NCBI RefSeq assembly: GCF_001194135.2
Contig: NC_068990.1
Span: forward strand, 1,664,649 to 1,697,284
Direction: 5' to 3'
Source: Octopus bimaculoides
Taxonomy: Eukaryota
Length of the DNA stretch: 32,636 nucleotides
In this document: positions 1-10,743 of the stretch, in pieces
Position numbering within the stretch: the stretch's first letter is position 1
Layout: each line of letters opens with the position of its first letter
Notes under the pieces: model-generated
The model's input: only the letters and a program-made list of their open reading frames with translations
Databases searched by the model: none
What the model was told of the DNA's origin: nothing
Translations under genes and position numbers: made by a program

Positions 1-63
1 GACACAAGCAAAAAGGCATCGAAATCAAGTTTCAAGTACATTGTTGTTGTAGTTATTATTGTT

Positions 64-300
64 AAGGTGTTTAGCTTGCTAGAGTAATTTTTTTTTATTT
101 CCATTTTTAGCATGTCTGACAAAATGCTTGGCACCATTTCATTTGTCGTCCATGTTCTGAGTTTAAATTCTGTCATGGGTGAATTTGCCTTTCATCCTTT
201 CGGGGGTCTGTAGAATAAATGTCTGTTGAGCATTGGTGATCAATATAATTGACTTACTCCTGTCCCCACCAAATTGCTGGCCTTGTGCCAAAAATTGAAA
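64..300 (+). mobile_element. tRNA-derived SINE, family A, tail type Y (degraded)
   Basis: Decayed B-box (CTGAGTTTAAATTC), core GCCTTTCATCCTTTCGGGG, 3' end AAATTGCTGGCCTTGTGCCAAAAATTGAAA; aligns by eye to other copies in the window. Confidence 0.8.
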
Positions 301-308
301 ATGTCTTG

Positions 309-447
309 CATTCTGAGTTCAAACTCCACAAAGAGCAACTTTGCCTTAAATCATCTTAGGGTCATATAATAAGTATTAGTTGAACACTGGAGTTATGACT
401 AGCTCCTGACCTAAAATTTCAGGTTTTGTGCTTATAGTAGAAAGGAT
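309..447 (+). mobile_element. SINE family A, 5'-truncated, tail type X
   Basis: Starts at B-box CTGAGTTCAAACTCC, ends AAAATTTCAGGTTTTGTGCTTATAGTAGAAAGGAT followed by (ATT)n. Confidence 0.8.
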
Positions 448-456
448 TATTATTAA

Positions 457-506
<50 letters not shown>

Positions 507-547
507 CCACCATCATCATCATCATCATCATCTGTAGTAGTAGTAGT
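446..547. repeat. compound (ATT)n/(ATC)n/(GTA)n microsatellite
   Basis: Directly visible; explains poly-N/poly-D/poly-T ORF 419..601. Confidence 0.95.
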
Positions 548-548
548 A

Positions 549-764
549 AAGCGGTGAGCTGGGAGAATCATTAGCACGCCGGGTAAAATTCTTAGCAGCA
601 TTTTGTCTGTCTTTAAGTACTGAGTTCAAATTCCTCCAAGGTCGACTTTACCTTTCACCCTTTCGAGGTGAGTAAAATAAGTACCAGTTGAGCACTGGGG
701 TTGATGCAATCGACTATACCCCCTCCACCCCTATTTCAGGCCTTGTGCCTATAGTAGAAAGGAA
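549..764 (+). mobile_element. SINE family A, near full length, tail type X
   Basis: Head AAAGCGGTGAGCTGGGAGAATCATTAGCACGCCGG, B-box GAGTTCAAATTCC, tail TTTCAGGCCTTGTGCCTATAGTAGAAAGG. Confidence 0.9.
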
Positions 765-886
765 TATTATTATTATTATTGTTATTATTATTATTATTAT
801 TGTTATTATTATTATTATCATTATTATTATTATTATCATCATCATCATTATTATCATTAGTATTATTATCATTATCATCATCATCA

Positions 887-946
<60 letters not shown>
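765..946. repeat. (ATT)n/(ATC)n microsatellite, SINE tail
   Basis: About 180 bp trinucleotide run; source of poly-I/poly-L/poly-N ORFs. Confidence 0.95.
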
Positions 947-947
<1 letters not shown>

Positions 948-952
948 ATATG

Positions 953-1045
953 AGGCAGTGAACTAGCAGAATCATTAGCACACCAGGCGAAATGTCCGTT
1001 TTTATGTTCTGCTGACTTTGTGCCAAAATTTGAAACCATTATTAT
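953..1045 (+). mobile_element. SINE family A, internally deleted, tail type Y
   Basis: Head AGGCAGTGAACTAGCAGAATCATTAGCAC joined after a deletion to TTTGTGCCAAAATTTGAAACCATTATT. Confidence 0.75.
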
Positions 1046-1052
1046 CTATTTT

Positions 1053-1268
1053 GGCAAGCTGGCAGACTCACCAGGATGGACAAAAATGCTCAGCAGCATT
1101 TTGTCCATCTTTACATCATAAGTTCAAATGCTACTGAGATCAACTTTACCTTTCATCCTTTTAGAGTCAACAAAATAAGTACCAATTTAGCAACGAGCTT
1201 AATGTAATTGATTAGCCTTCTCCCCTAAAATTTCAAGCCTTGTACCTATAGAAGACAAGATTATTATT
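1053..1268 (+). mobile_element. SINE family A, tail type X (degraded)
   Basis: CAAGCTGGCAGA head, AGTTCAAAT B-box remnant, tail AAAATTTCAAGCCTTGTACCTATAGAAGAC. Confidence 0.8.
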
Positions 1269-1380
1269 TCTATGACAAATTTTTCTTGATAAATGCTGTA
1301 TTTACACATTATCCACTGGATGTGACCTAAACACCTGAAGTAGATAACAGATATTTAAATTTTTTTTTATTCATGCACCC

Positions 1381-1677
1381 TTTTTAAAGCCTAGCCAGGC
1401 TCATGGGCCAGGTTTCCCGGTTTCTATGGTGTATGTGTTTCCCCCCAGCTGGACGGGACGCCAGTCCATCGCACCATTACTCAAGAAACAGGAAGAAAGG
1501 GTGAGAGAAAGTTGAGGCGAAAAAGTACAACAGGGGTCGCCACCACCTTCTGCCAGAGCCTTGTAGAGCTTTAGGTGTTTTCACTTAATAAACACACACA
1601 ACGCCTGGTCTGGGAATCGAAACCATGATCGTCTGACCGCGAGTCCTCTGCCCTAACCACTGGGCCATTGCACCTCC
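1381..1677 (-). mobile_element. tRNA-derived SINE, family E, full length
   Basis: Minus strand begins GGAGGTGCAATGGCCCAGTGGTTAGGGC (A-box) and has GGTTTCGATTCCC (B-box); 3' part GATGGACTGGCGTCCCGTCCAG...ATAGAAACCGGGAAA shared with 9623-9842. Confidence 0.85.
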
Positions 1678-1818
1678 GCAGATAACAGATATAATGATCC
1701 TAATTTGAGAAGGGATAGGACTGGATAGATTCAAATTAGAAATGCAAAAGGAAAAAAGATATGTATACATGAGTGCTTGATAAATATTCTATAGAACTAT
1801 GAAATTTAAGGTGATAGT

Positions 1819-1936
1819 GCTCATCATACTATGTATGTACAATGTATGCAATGTCTGTTAGGGCTGTTTTCAGTGGTAAGACATGAAGTTTGAATGAGAG
1901 TAAATAAATAGGGGGAAGGCTCTCTGTCACTGTTAC

Positions 1937-1987
<51 letters not shown>

Positions 1988-2303
1988 CTGGTATATCTAT
2001 CTTCCTGTCTGTCCATCTGTCCAGCTGCCTGTCTTTCTTCATTCCAGCCAGCTTGTCTATCCCTCTGCATGTCTCTCTGCTTTGCTCATCATACAACACA
2101 CGCAATGTCTGTTTGGGGTATTTTCGGTGGTGAGACATGGAGTTTGAATGAGAGTAAATGAATAAGGAAAAGGCGCTCTGTCCCTGTTACCTATCTATCT
2201 ATCTATCTATTGACTGATATATCTATCTATTTGCATGTCATCTTTCTGCATTTCAGCCAGCTTGTCTATCTCTCCCTGTATGTCTCTCTGCCTGCCTTAA
2301 TAC
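1819..2303. repeat. diverged local tandem duplication (units ~1819-2083 and ~2084-2303) with internal (ATCT)n
   Basis: GCAATGTCTGTT...GAGTTTGAATGAGAGTAAAT...CAGCCAGCTTGTCTATC...ATGTCTCTCTGC occurs twice in order. Confidence 0.9.
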
Positions 2304-2487
2304 CTAACTATCTCTGTCTCCTTGCCAGACAATATAGTTAAGCATTAGAACCTAAACTGACAACAAACAACATGTCTATCTATATTTTATTTGTCTGTTA
2401 TCCAATATTTATATCAATTTTCTATCTAAACATGCTGTAACATTATTTTCTCACATTGTTATAATAAACTACATTTAACTACAACAT

Positions 2488-2502
2488 CCATAATAATAAT
2501 AT

Positions 2503-2583
<81 letters not shown>

Positions 2584-2592
2584 TAATAATAG
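2488..2592. repeat. (TAC)n/(TAA)n microsatellite
   Basis: Directly visible. Confidence 0.95.
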
Positions 2593-3080
2593 TGATATTA
2601 TTAAATTATTTCGAACACCTGAACACATTGCTGCGTATGTTAAAACCATCATTATTTATTCTCTAACTTTTCAAATGGCATGTAAACATATCTTGTCACA
2701 ACTTTTACCTATTATCAAGAGTTTGCATGTTGGAAGTTTTTCATGTGCAGTGTTTATTTGTCTGTCTACATTTACTGTTCACAATACGAATTGGCTGGCA
2801 CTAAAATCTAGGATTGGAGCTTCTATTATTTGATGTTTCAACTTGCTGCTGGTACTTTTAATCATAACCGTATTACATTATGTTGCCTTGACTGAATCAG
2901 ATTGCGATTTGATATAATTTTCATTTTTGGTCGTTTGGAAATTTTTAATTTTTTTTTTGTTATAGCAGAGACGGTGGTGGAGGGGGGTAGGTGGAGAAAG
3001 AGAAAGAGAGAAATAAAGAAAGAAAGAAAGAAAGAAAGAAAGAGAGAGCAAGGAAGAGAGGATAAGCGAAAGAGAGAGAG

Positions 3081-3438
3081 NNNNNNNNNNNNNNNNNNNN
3101 NNNNNNNNNNNNNNNNNNNNNNNNNNNNNNNNNNNNNNNNNNNNNNNNNNNNNNNNNNNNNNNNNNNNNNNNNNNNNNNNNNNNNNNNNNNNNNNNNNNN
3201 NNNNNNNNNNNNNNNNNNNNNNNNNNNNNNNNNNNNNNNNNNNNNNNNNNNNNNNNNNNNNNNNNNNNNNNNNNNNNNNNNNNNNNNNNNNNNNNNNNNN
3301 NNNNNNNNNNNNNNNNNNNNNNNNNNNNNNNNNNNNNNNNNNNNNNNNNNNNNNNNNNNNNNNNNNNNNNNNNNNNNNNNNNNNNNNNNNNNNNNNNNNN
3401 NNNNNNNNNNNNNNNNNNNNNNNNNNNNNNNNNNNNNN
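3081..3438. other. assembly gap (N), preceded by an (AG)n/(AAAG)n tract
   Basis: 358 N characters. Confidence 0.99.
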
Positions 3439-4449
3439 AGTTTTCAATAGTATTTTCACTCCATATTTTAACTTGGCACATAACATTTGCTGAATAGTAG
3501 AAATGTTATCATTAATAGCAGTCCATTTGTAATTCATTTTTACCACCACTACCAGCACCAGCACCACCACCCCTGCCGCTGTTATCACCATCGTCATCAT
3601 CATCGTCATCATCATTATCATCATCATCAACATCATTATCTCTCTCATTTGTATTTATTTTTTTGTTTCTTCTTTTTGTTTTGAGTGGAAATAAATTACA
3701 ATGGTCAAAAGAATTTTGAATTAGTGTAGAAGTCTAATATAATGTAAACAAGTAAACAGATTTGAACAATATTACAGCTTTGCTGCAATAAAGTCTCCAT
3801 CTATTTTATTACATGTCTTTCTTGTGTAGACTATTAATATTGGAGATTCATTGTGAGTGAAATATATATTTTATTAACGTTTGAAATATTTGATACCTTT
3901 TTTTTTTGCTCCAATTTTTTCACTTTTCTTACTCAGAAGAGAATTGGCAGTGCCAATAACTGTTTCTTCAGGGTCACCGTCATTCATGGGAAGAAGAGAA
4001 GGAGGGTGGGAATTAACCTTAGACAAACCACCTGAGCCCAAATATTTACAATGATCTGGACTCAGCTACAACAGCTACAAACACCCAAGGATCAAGTGGC
4101 TGAATGCTGGTTTTAAACCTGCTGATGTATTAGATCTACTATGAAATGGGCAGCAACTGTCCCTCCATTGTGCTTCAACAATGTTGTGTTTTGAATTTTC
4201 AAGAGTTTGGTTGACCTGAGAGTTTGCTGGAAGATACCCACCCAAGATGCTGCCCAGTGAAACTGAAACTGAAGACATGTAGCTGTGATACAGACTTCTC
4301 AATGACAATTTCATGGCTATGTCCATTTTCCTTCCCACATCATGTACTATTCACACCCATTCACATTGTGCACTATCCTCTATGTTGTGTAGTATACCCT
4401 TCATTGTATAGAGTTAGTGGTTAATTACTTAGTTTATTTATTAAACAAC

Positions 4450-4668
4450 GTGTGTATGTTTTTGTGTCTGTGTTTGTCCTCCCAACGTAGCTTGACAATT
4501 GATGGAGGTGTGTTTACCTCCCCCGTAACTTAGCAGTTCAGCAAAAAAGACCAATGGAATAAGTATTAAGCTTACAAAGAATAAGTCCTGGGGTTGATTT
4601 GTTTGACTAAAGACGATGCTCCAGCATGGCCGCAGTCAGATGACTGAAACAAATAAAAGAGTAAAGAG
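4450..4668 (+). mobile_element. SINE family B, 3' half
   Basis: GTAACTTAGCAGTTCAGCAAAA...AAGAATAAGTCCTGGGGTTGAT...CCAGCATGGCCGCAGTCAGATGACTGAAACAAATAAAAGAG; homologous to 9016-9410 and 13838-14099. Confidence 0.85.
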
Positions 4669-4689
4669 ATGAAAGAACAAAGACCAGGA

Positions 4690-4960
4690 ATCATATGACC
4701 AAAACATCTCAGTGTTTTTGGCCTTTCTCTCATGAAGTAGTTTCCTATTTACTTCAGCCTGGGTCATCTTGATGTTAATAACAGCATACTAAGGACTACG
4801 TCGGTCAATGTTTCTTTCCAGTTTCTAATTGACTCTACTCCTTCCTAACGTATGATGCTTTGTGCCTATGTTAAGGACAGGACTGTAATTTTTTTTTAGG
4901 GTGTGTGTGCGATTCAGCTGCTTTTTCTAGCAGTTTGAGCCACCACAGAGAGACTCATCT
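4690..4960 (-). mobile_element. SINE-like family F (degraded)
   Basis: CAGCTGCTTTTTCTAGCAG motif shared with 5405-5590 and 28775-28988 (TTGCTATTTCTAGCA). Confidence 0.55.
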
Positions 4961-5404
4961 GACAGGTATGTTTGTGTAACATTATTGTTTTCGCATAGCT
5001 CTAGTTCTCTTGAAGTCGTTCTTCTAAATTTAGCAAGTGTGTTGCAGTCTTTCAGTTAGGAAACAAAATAGAAACCAATAAAACTAGTGGTGATCTACGC
5101 TGGAAAGTATATAAATGCTATTAAAATACAAACAAGAACCTGGTGGAGAAATGGTTAATAATATTCCTAAGTGACTCATCTTATTTATACATTTTATTTG
5201 CATATAGTTTTGTTCTTTTTTCTTTTCTGAGATCTTTATTATATAAAAATTCCTCTCTTGTATATCCTCTTGAGTTTAAGTATTGAATTCTTTAGCATCA
5301 ATGCGACTGTCACAAATGATTAGGTACCAGTATTATCCCCATTGTCATATACCTTCATGACTGTTCCATTGTTGTTGTTGTTGTTACTATTGTCATTGTC
5401 ATTG

Positions 5405-5590
5405 TTTAGTTTGAGTTCAGCCTGATCCAGTAAACCTCTGATCAAAGATATTCCTTCTTTTTCAATTTTTGTATATCTGTAACTACATTTTCCAGTGTAG
5501 GCTTCCGATTTTTAAGATGGTCTGGTGGGATTTGGGCATATATGGTTGCTGTTTCTATCATGTCAAGAGACTAAACAGAAACTCTCTCAT
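5405..5590 (-). mobile_element. SINE-like family F with (AAC)n-type tail
   Basis: TGATCAAAGAT and GGTTGCTGTTTCTA motifs shared with 28775-28988; (GTT)n run upstream on plus strand. Confidence 0.65.
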
Positions 5591-5819
5591 TAGTTCATGT
5601 TCTCATATTATCCTTCGTTGTCGATGATGTTGATGATGCCACTGTTGCCGCTTCAGAATCCTTTAGACGGGTTTTCAATATAATCTTTGATCTTTCCACG
5701 TTATAAAAAAATTTAATTACCAGATATATAAAGAAAAATTAATTACTAAGCATGTATCGGCTAATTGCTGCAATTGAGACTGAAAGTGAGGCAAGAGAAT
5801 GTGAAGGAGAGGGAGAGAG

Positions 5820-5860
<41 letters not shown>

Positions 5861-5940
5861 GTTGTTACTGATGCTGATTAAGCAACGGCTGGCCTTCTAG
5901 CAGACAAATGATCAAAGGCATTTTGGTTATCTTCCATCTT

Positions 5941-6430
5941 TTATCTTTTACTTGTTTCAGTCATTGGACTGTAGCCATGCTGGGGTACCAACTGAATAAG
6001 GGTTGTTTAAGGATGGTGAATGAAACACCCATCATGTTTGCTGAAGTGAATAATTCAAACCCCAAAGAATTCCTCTCAACACATGGTTATGATGCTCCCC
6101 CGTTACCTCTGATCAGTTACTTGTCAATACTTAATTTGTTTAAGCTTGGTACTCAGTCTATTGTTTCTTTTGTTGAACTGCTAGGCTATAGGAATGGAAA
6201 CAAACCAACACTGGTTGTCAAGTGGTGATGCTGGACCAGACGCAAAGACATAAAAGCACACACACACACACGCACACATAGACATGACAAGCTTCCAGGC
6301 TTCTTTCAGTTTCCATCATCTAAATCCACTCACAAGGTTTTGGTTGACCAAAAGGCTACAGTAAAAAAACTTGCCCTAGGGTCCACACAGTGGGACTAAA
6401 CCTGGAACCATGTGGTTGGGAAGCATGCTT
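5941..6430 (-). mobile_element. SINE family B, near full length with extra internal sequence and (CA)n
   Basis: Plus strand reads ATCTTTTACTTGTTTCAGTCATT...CCATGCTGG at the 3' end and GGGACTAAACCTGGAACCATGTGGTTGGGAAGC...CTTACCACAC (tRNA-like head) at the 5' end. Confidence 0.85.
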
Positions 6431-6469
6431 CTTACCACACTGTCGTACCTTGTAACTCCATTACCAACT

Positions 6470-6545
6470 TTTTAAGAATGCAAGGTGTGAAGTGAGGGAT
6501 ATTTAGCTGCTAATTGTTACAGGTCAAGTGACCAGACAGCAGCAT
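6470..6545 (-). mobile_element. SINE-like family F, 5' fragment
   Basis: GGTGTGAAGTGAGGGATATTTAGCTGCTA...CAGGTCAAGTGACC resembles other family F copies. Confidence 0.45.
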
Positions 6546-6677
6546 TGTCTTTGGCTCAGAGTGGAAAGTAAGAAGTTAGAAGAGGAGAAATAAAATGAGA
6601 AGTAATGGTAGGAAAAGATAGGAAGAGGAACAACCATGGTCTATATTTTAAAAGCATCCATACACCCTGTTAAGGGG

Positions 6678-6818
6678 TTGGCATTAGGAAGGGCATCCAG
6701 CTGAACCTAGCAGAGCTCTCTGGCTTGTCTGCTCTTGTGGAACCATCTAACCCATGCCAGCATGGAAAAAGGACATTAAAAGATAATGATGACAATGATG
6801 ATGGTAATGATGATGATA
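6678..6818 (+). mobile_element. RTE LINE 3' terminus with (GAT)n tail
   Basis: TTAGGAAGGGCATCCAGCTG...AACCCATGCCAGCATGGAAA...TTAAA then GAT repeats; same as 17365-17515. Confidence 0.8.
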
Positions 6819-7129
6819 TATGTGTGTGTGAGTATGTATTTATATAAGTAGATATAAGGGATGGAAGAGGTTATTGTGTACTACAATTGTTTCAAAAATC
6901 ACTATGTATGTTACATAAGTTTTTGAATGTCCATAACTGTCTAGTGTATTTTCTCATTAGGTACACATGACTTTTATAATTGAAAATAATCTTTATTTGA
7001 TACATTGATTAATGAATTTTATTGATTAATCATTGAGTCATCTGAGTTCTCTATACAAGCTGTTTATGCTAGAGACTAACAAATCATAATCACTCGATTA
7101 ATCCTTCGACATTATTATTATTATTATTC

Positions 7130-7346
7130 AAGCAGCAAGCTGACAGAATCATTAGCATGCTGGGCAAAATGCTTAGCAGCATTTTGTTTTTCTTTACGTT
7201 CTGAGTTCAAATTTTACCGAGGTCGACTTTGTTTGCCTTTCATCCTTTCAGGGCCGATAAAATAAGTACCAATTGAACACTGGGGGTCGATCTAATTGAT
7301 TTATCCCCTCCCCCAAAATTGCTGCCCTTGTGGCAAAATTTGAAAC

Positions 7347-7408
<62 letters not shown>
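7130..7408 (+). mobile_element. SINE family A, full length, tail type Y, with (ATT)n on both sides
   Basis: B-box CTGAGTTCAAATT, tail CCCCAAAATTGCTGCCCTTGTGGCAAAATTTGAAACC(ATT)n. Confidence 0.9.
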
Positions 7409-7409
<1 letters not shown>

Positions 7410-9015
7410 GTACATACATATGAATGTATGTATGTATGTATGTATGTATACATTTCTTCAATATTGCAATGGAACTTGTGCATAGATTCAATAGTAATTA
7501 TATTGGTGTTTATCTCCAGTTTCTGCAGTGTGGAGCTGATCAGAGACACAAATCTACTGATAGACAGGATGAGAGTCTATGGCATCAGGAGATTTTCTTT
7601 CTGTTAGAATTTATCTTAGCTCTGCAAACTAATAAAAAACGCAAGCGATCATCATATTCTCAGTGCTACCATCACTTGCTGAAGTGAACTGTTTTACATT
7701 GAAGGATAGAGTTACAGTGGTATATACTTCACAAATGAAATATATCACTGTGAAGTGTCTATTCAGAACTAGGGAAAATGAAACATTTGGAAATTTAAGT
7801 GTACTGGCCATGAACACCATGTAGGGAGCTGTTGAAAGCTTGGGAATTATTGACAACCTGGTTGCATGTTCCTTAACTCTTGGACAGCTTCAAAATGAGT
7901 TTTGGCTGCTGGTCTGCATTGATCCTTTCCCTTGGGTGCCTGTTACTGTCAAACTCACCGCTTGGTTTTGGGTTTGCATCAAACTGGTCCCTTAACTTCT
8001 GGGATCTGTCAGACTGACTTCTTCTCTCTTCTCTCAGACTCCTTGGCTACTAGTCTCTGTTAAGTTAACCACTTAATCTAAGTTAATCCCTTAGGCCTCT
8101 CTCTCTCTCTCTCTCTCTCAATGAAAGTGGACTATGAGCTGCTTTTCTCTACCAAGCTGATTTTCTTTCACTGCCAGACTGACCTCTTGGCTACTTATCT
8201 TCAATCCAATCTTTAAGTTCTTGATCTTTACTGAACTGTCTTTTTGACTGTCAGAGGTCTTTATCAAAGTATATATCCAAACATTCTTTTATTAAGGGAT
8301 TCAGGTTATAACTTTTAACGAAGTCTAATGTAATGGAGTTGATACACAGTAACATTGACATTAGTCTAATGATACACAAACAATTTTTTTGAGAAATTCT
8401 AGTTGATATCGGATGGCTGTATTACTATCTTACTGTTTTGCTCTTTTTCTAGTTCCTATTGATGGGCTTGGTTCGTGCTGGAGTGTTGTTATCGATTGAC
8501 AGTTTTTGTAAAGAAATTGAAAAAAAAAAACATTAAAAAAACCCATTTACTTTGTGAACTTTTAAATGGTTTCAAGATAGTTCTTCTATTGAAACATTTT
8601 TACATAATGACTCAATTGTTATCTCACTATCTTTGATTTAGAATTCTAAGGAATGGTCAGAATCTCAAGATCTATGTGTTTCCTAAGCAACAACAAAATC
8701 TTTCAAAACAAAGCTTAATTTTAGATGAAACTCTTCAGATGATGCCTTGACCGAGTACAATAGATGCAGGGATATAGCACAAGTTATTCAACTCTGTTAC
8801 TTACAATGAAACATAGTGTTCTCCTTACCATTTCCCCAGAGTTTGCAAACATAGTTTGTTGATTTTTGTATTCAAAGCTGTGTTTGAAAGAAATGAAAAA
8901 CTCACTATTCCATTATTTTGTCAAAGTATTATGGCAAAATTTGTAGAAAAGAAATTAAGCAAGTTTCTGGTAGGTTCAGACTCTGGTTCAAATTTAATTT
9001 TTGCCTGAGGAAAGT

Positions 9016-9153
9016 TCAGTGTGTAGCAAGAAGCTTGTGGTCTGGTCTTGAGTTCAATCCCACTGTATATCGTTTTAAGCAAATATCTTCCACTATTGTA
9101 AGGGCCAACCAAAGTATTGTGAGTGGATTTGGTAGAGAGAAACTGAAAGAAGC

Positions 9154-9197
<44 letters not shown>

Positions 9198-9410
9198 CTG
9201 TGTTTTGGGTGGGTGTCTTTGTGTCATTGTTCACAGCCCACCATTACCACTTGGCAACTGGCGCTAGTTTGTTATGACCTAGCAATTCAACGAAAAGAGA
9301 TTGACAGATAAGGACCTGGCTTAAATATAAGTACTTAGGCCAATTTGTTTGGCTAAAGTCTGTGCCCCAGCATGGCCGCAGTCCAAAGACTGAAACAAAT
9401 AAAAGATAAA
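9016..9410 (+). mobile_element. SINE family B, full length with internal (TA)n
   Basis: B-box GAGTTCAATCCC, GTGAGTGGATTTGGTAGA...GAAACTGAAAGAAGCCC, 3' CCAGCATGGCCGCAGTCCAAAGACTGAAACAAATAAAAG. Confidence 0.85.
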
Positions 9411-9622
9411 TGGACAAAAGATCCCAATCTTCAACTGTCTCTTTTCGTATTCACTACCCTCCCCCCACTTGTGGTCATTGGGTGCCTTTAGCAGGAATTC
9501 AAACCAGGTTTTTAGTGTGAGTATACCTTCTTCTACTCCACCAGTTGTGGGCATCTTCCTTCCTTGGTATAAGTAGGTAATTAAAAACTGAAAACTCTAC
9601 ATAGTTAAAAGTAAAGAACTCA

Positions 9623-9842
9623 TAAGGGTCAGTTTCCCAATTTCTATTGTGTATAAGTTCCCCACCTGGATGGGATGCTGGTTCATCACAGAATTACTCG
9701 TTTTCCGCATCTGAGTGAACTGGAGCAATGTGAAATGAAGTGTCTTTTGCTCAAGAACACAACACATTGCCTGGTCCAGGAATCGAAACCACTATCTTAC
9801 GATCATGAGTCCAATGCCCTAGCCACTAAGCCGCATGCCTCC
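9623..9842 (-). mobile_element. tRNA-derived SINE, family D/E head with E-type tail
   Basis: Minus strand GGAGGCATGCGGCTTAGTGGCTAGGG (A-box), GGTTTCGATTCCTGG (B-box), GTGTTCTTGAGCAAAAGACACTT domain. Confidence 0.8.
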
Positions 9843-9972
9843 ACTAGCCACACGGTGCCTCCCCTACTCTACATAGTTGCATGACCTGCAAAAAATAACA
9901 GCTTAGTTTCCCTCTAATGCTGGATGTATTACACTTAAGACAAAGCCATAATGATCACAGCTTTGATCTTAA

Positions 9973-10197
9973 CCCTTTTGCATTCAGATTACTCTGTCGT
10001 ATGTAATGCCTAGTTCTTCACATAGTTTTGAATTAATAATATATTATCTTGTAGCTTTGAGATTTTGATGGTGTGATTAATTATCTTTTAAACTGGCTTT
10101 GTAGGGTATGTGTGAGGAGAGGTCATATCAGGTCAGTTTGAACATGAAATAAGTAGAATATCTGGGCCTCGTATGGCTGATTTAAATGCTAAAAGGC
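9973..10197. mobile_element. piggyBac-like MITE, 225 bp
   Basis: TTAA|CCCTTTTGCATTCA left end; right end TAAATGCTAAAAGGC|TGAA is a decayed inverted copy with a one-mismatch TTAA. Confidence 0.7.
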
Positions 10198-10666
10198 TGA
10201 ATCTGGTCAGTTATGGCAGTTATAAATCCAAGCAACAGCAGCAGCAGTGATAATGGGGACATTAATAACAGCAACAAGAACAATAGTAAAATGACATGGC
10301 TTCTTGGTGTTTTGGAGAAATAGAATTCCTTATTTTGTCAATATATCAATCTTACATAACGACTCCTACCAGCCACTCTTGAAGCAATAAAAAACTACAG
10401 TAACAACATTACATTCTCCTACAAGCATTTATTCAACTTAAAATATGTCATTAGATCCAACAAATTGTTTTATAGAACAATATCCACTTCAGATCTGATA
10501 TTTATTTATTGAATAAACACAAATATGTTATGAAGTAGAACATTTTTTTATATTTTCGTATATCTTGTTTTGTTTACATAAACTGAAAATAAGAATATAA
10601 AATTCCTTCATTCAATGAAATGTTGTCTATAAAATGTCTATATATCAATTGTTATAGGTTTACATA

Positions 10667-10701
10667 CATATTTAAATACATACATACATACACACACACA
10701 C

Positions 10702-10743
<42 letters not shown>

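Noticed and set aside
419-1026. Poly-N/D/I/L ORFs
   Set aside because: Translations of trinucleotide microsatellite SINE tails.
1600-1677. tRNA gene (also heads at ~9770-9842 and ~12300-12370)
   Set aside because: A/B boxes present but no full cloverleaf; each continues into a SINE body.
2878-3648. Long ORFs across the N gap (also 10620-11273 and 20800-21346)
   Set aside because: Open only because N codons contain no stops.
3960-4424. Possible exon(s) after TTTCTTCAG and ORFs 4075..4338 and 4224..4424
   Set aside because: All frames after the acceptor stop within 30 codons; no recognisable domain or paired donor.
5750-5930. Homeobox/TCF-like motifs (TAATTG, TGATTAA, ATCAAAGG)
   Set aside because: Short motifs expected by chance in AT-rich DNA; no conservation data.
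5908-6228. 106-aa ORF
   Set aside because: Mostly overlaps an antisense SINE.
7424-7687. 87-aa ORF or possible exon after TCTCCAG
   Set aside because: Starts in (TATG)n, no homology recognised, no clear donor.
8817-9007. SWIM-like CSPYHFPRVCKH in a ~63-codon frame (possible MULE remnant)
   Set aside because: Lacks the second Cys of CxC and any other transposase motif.
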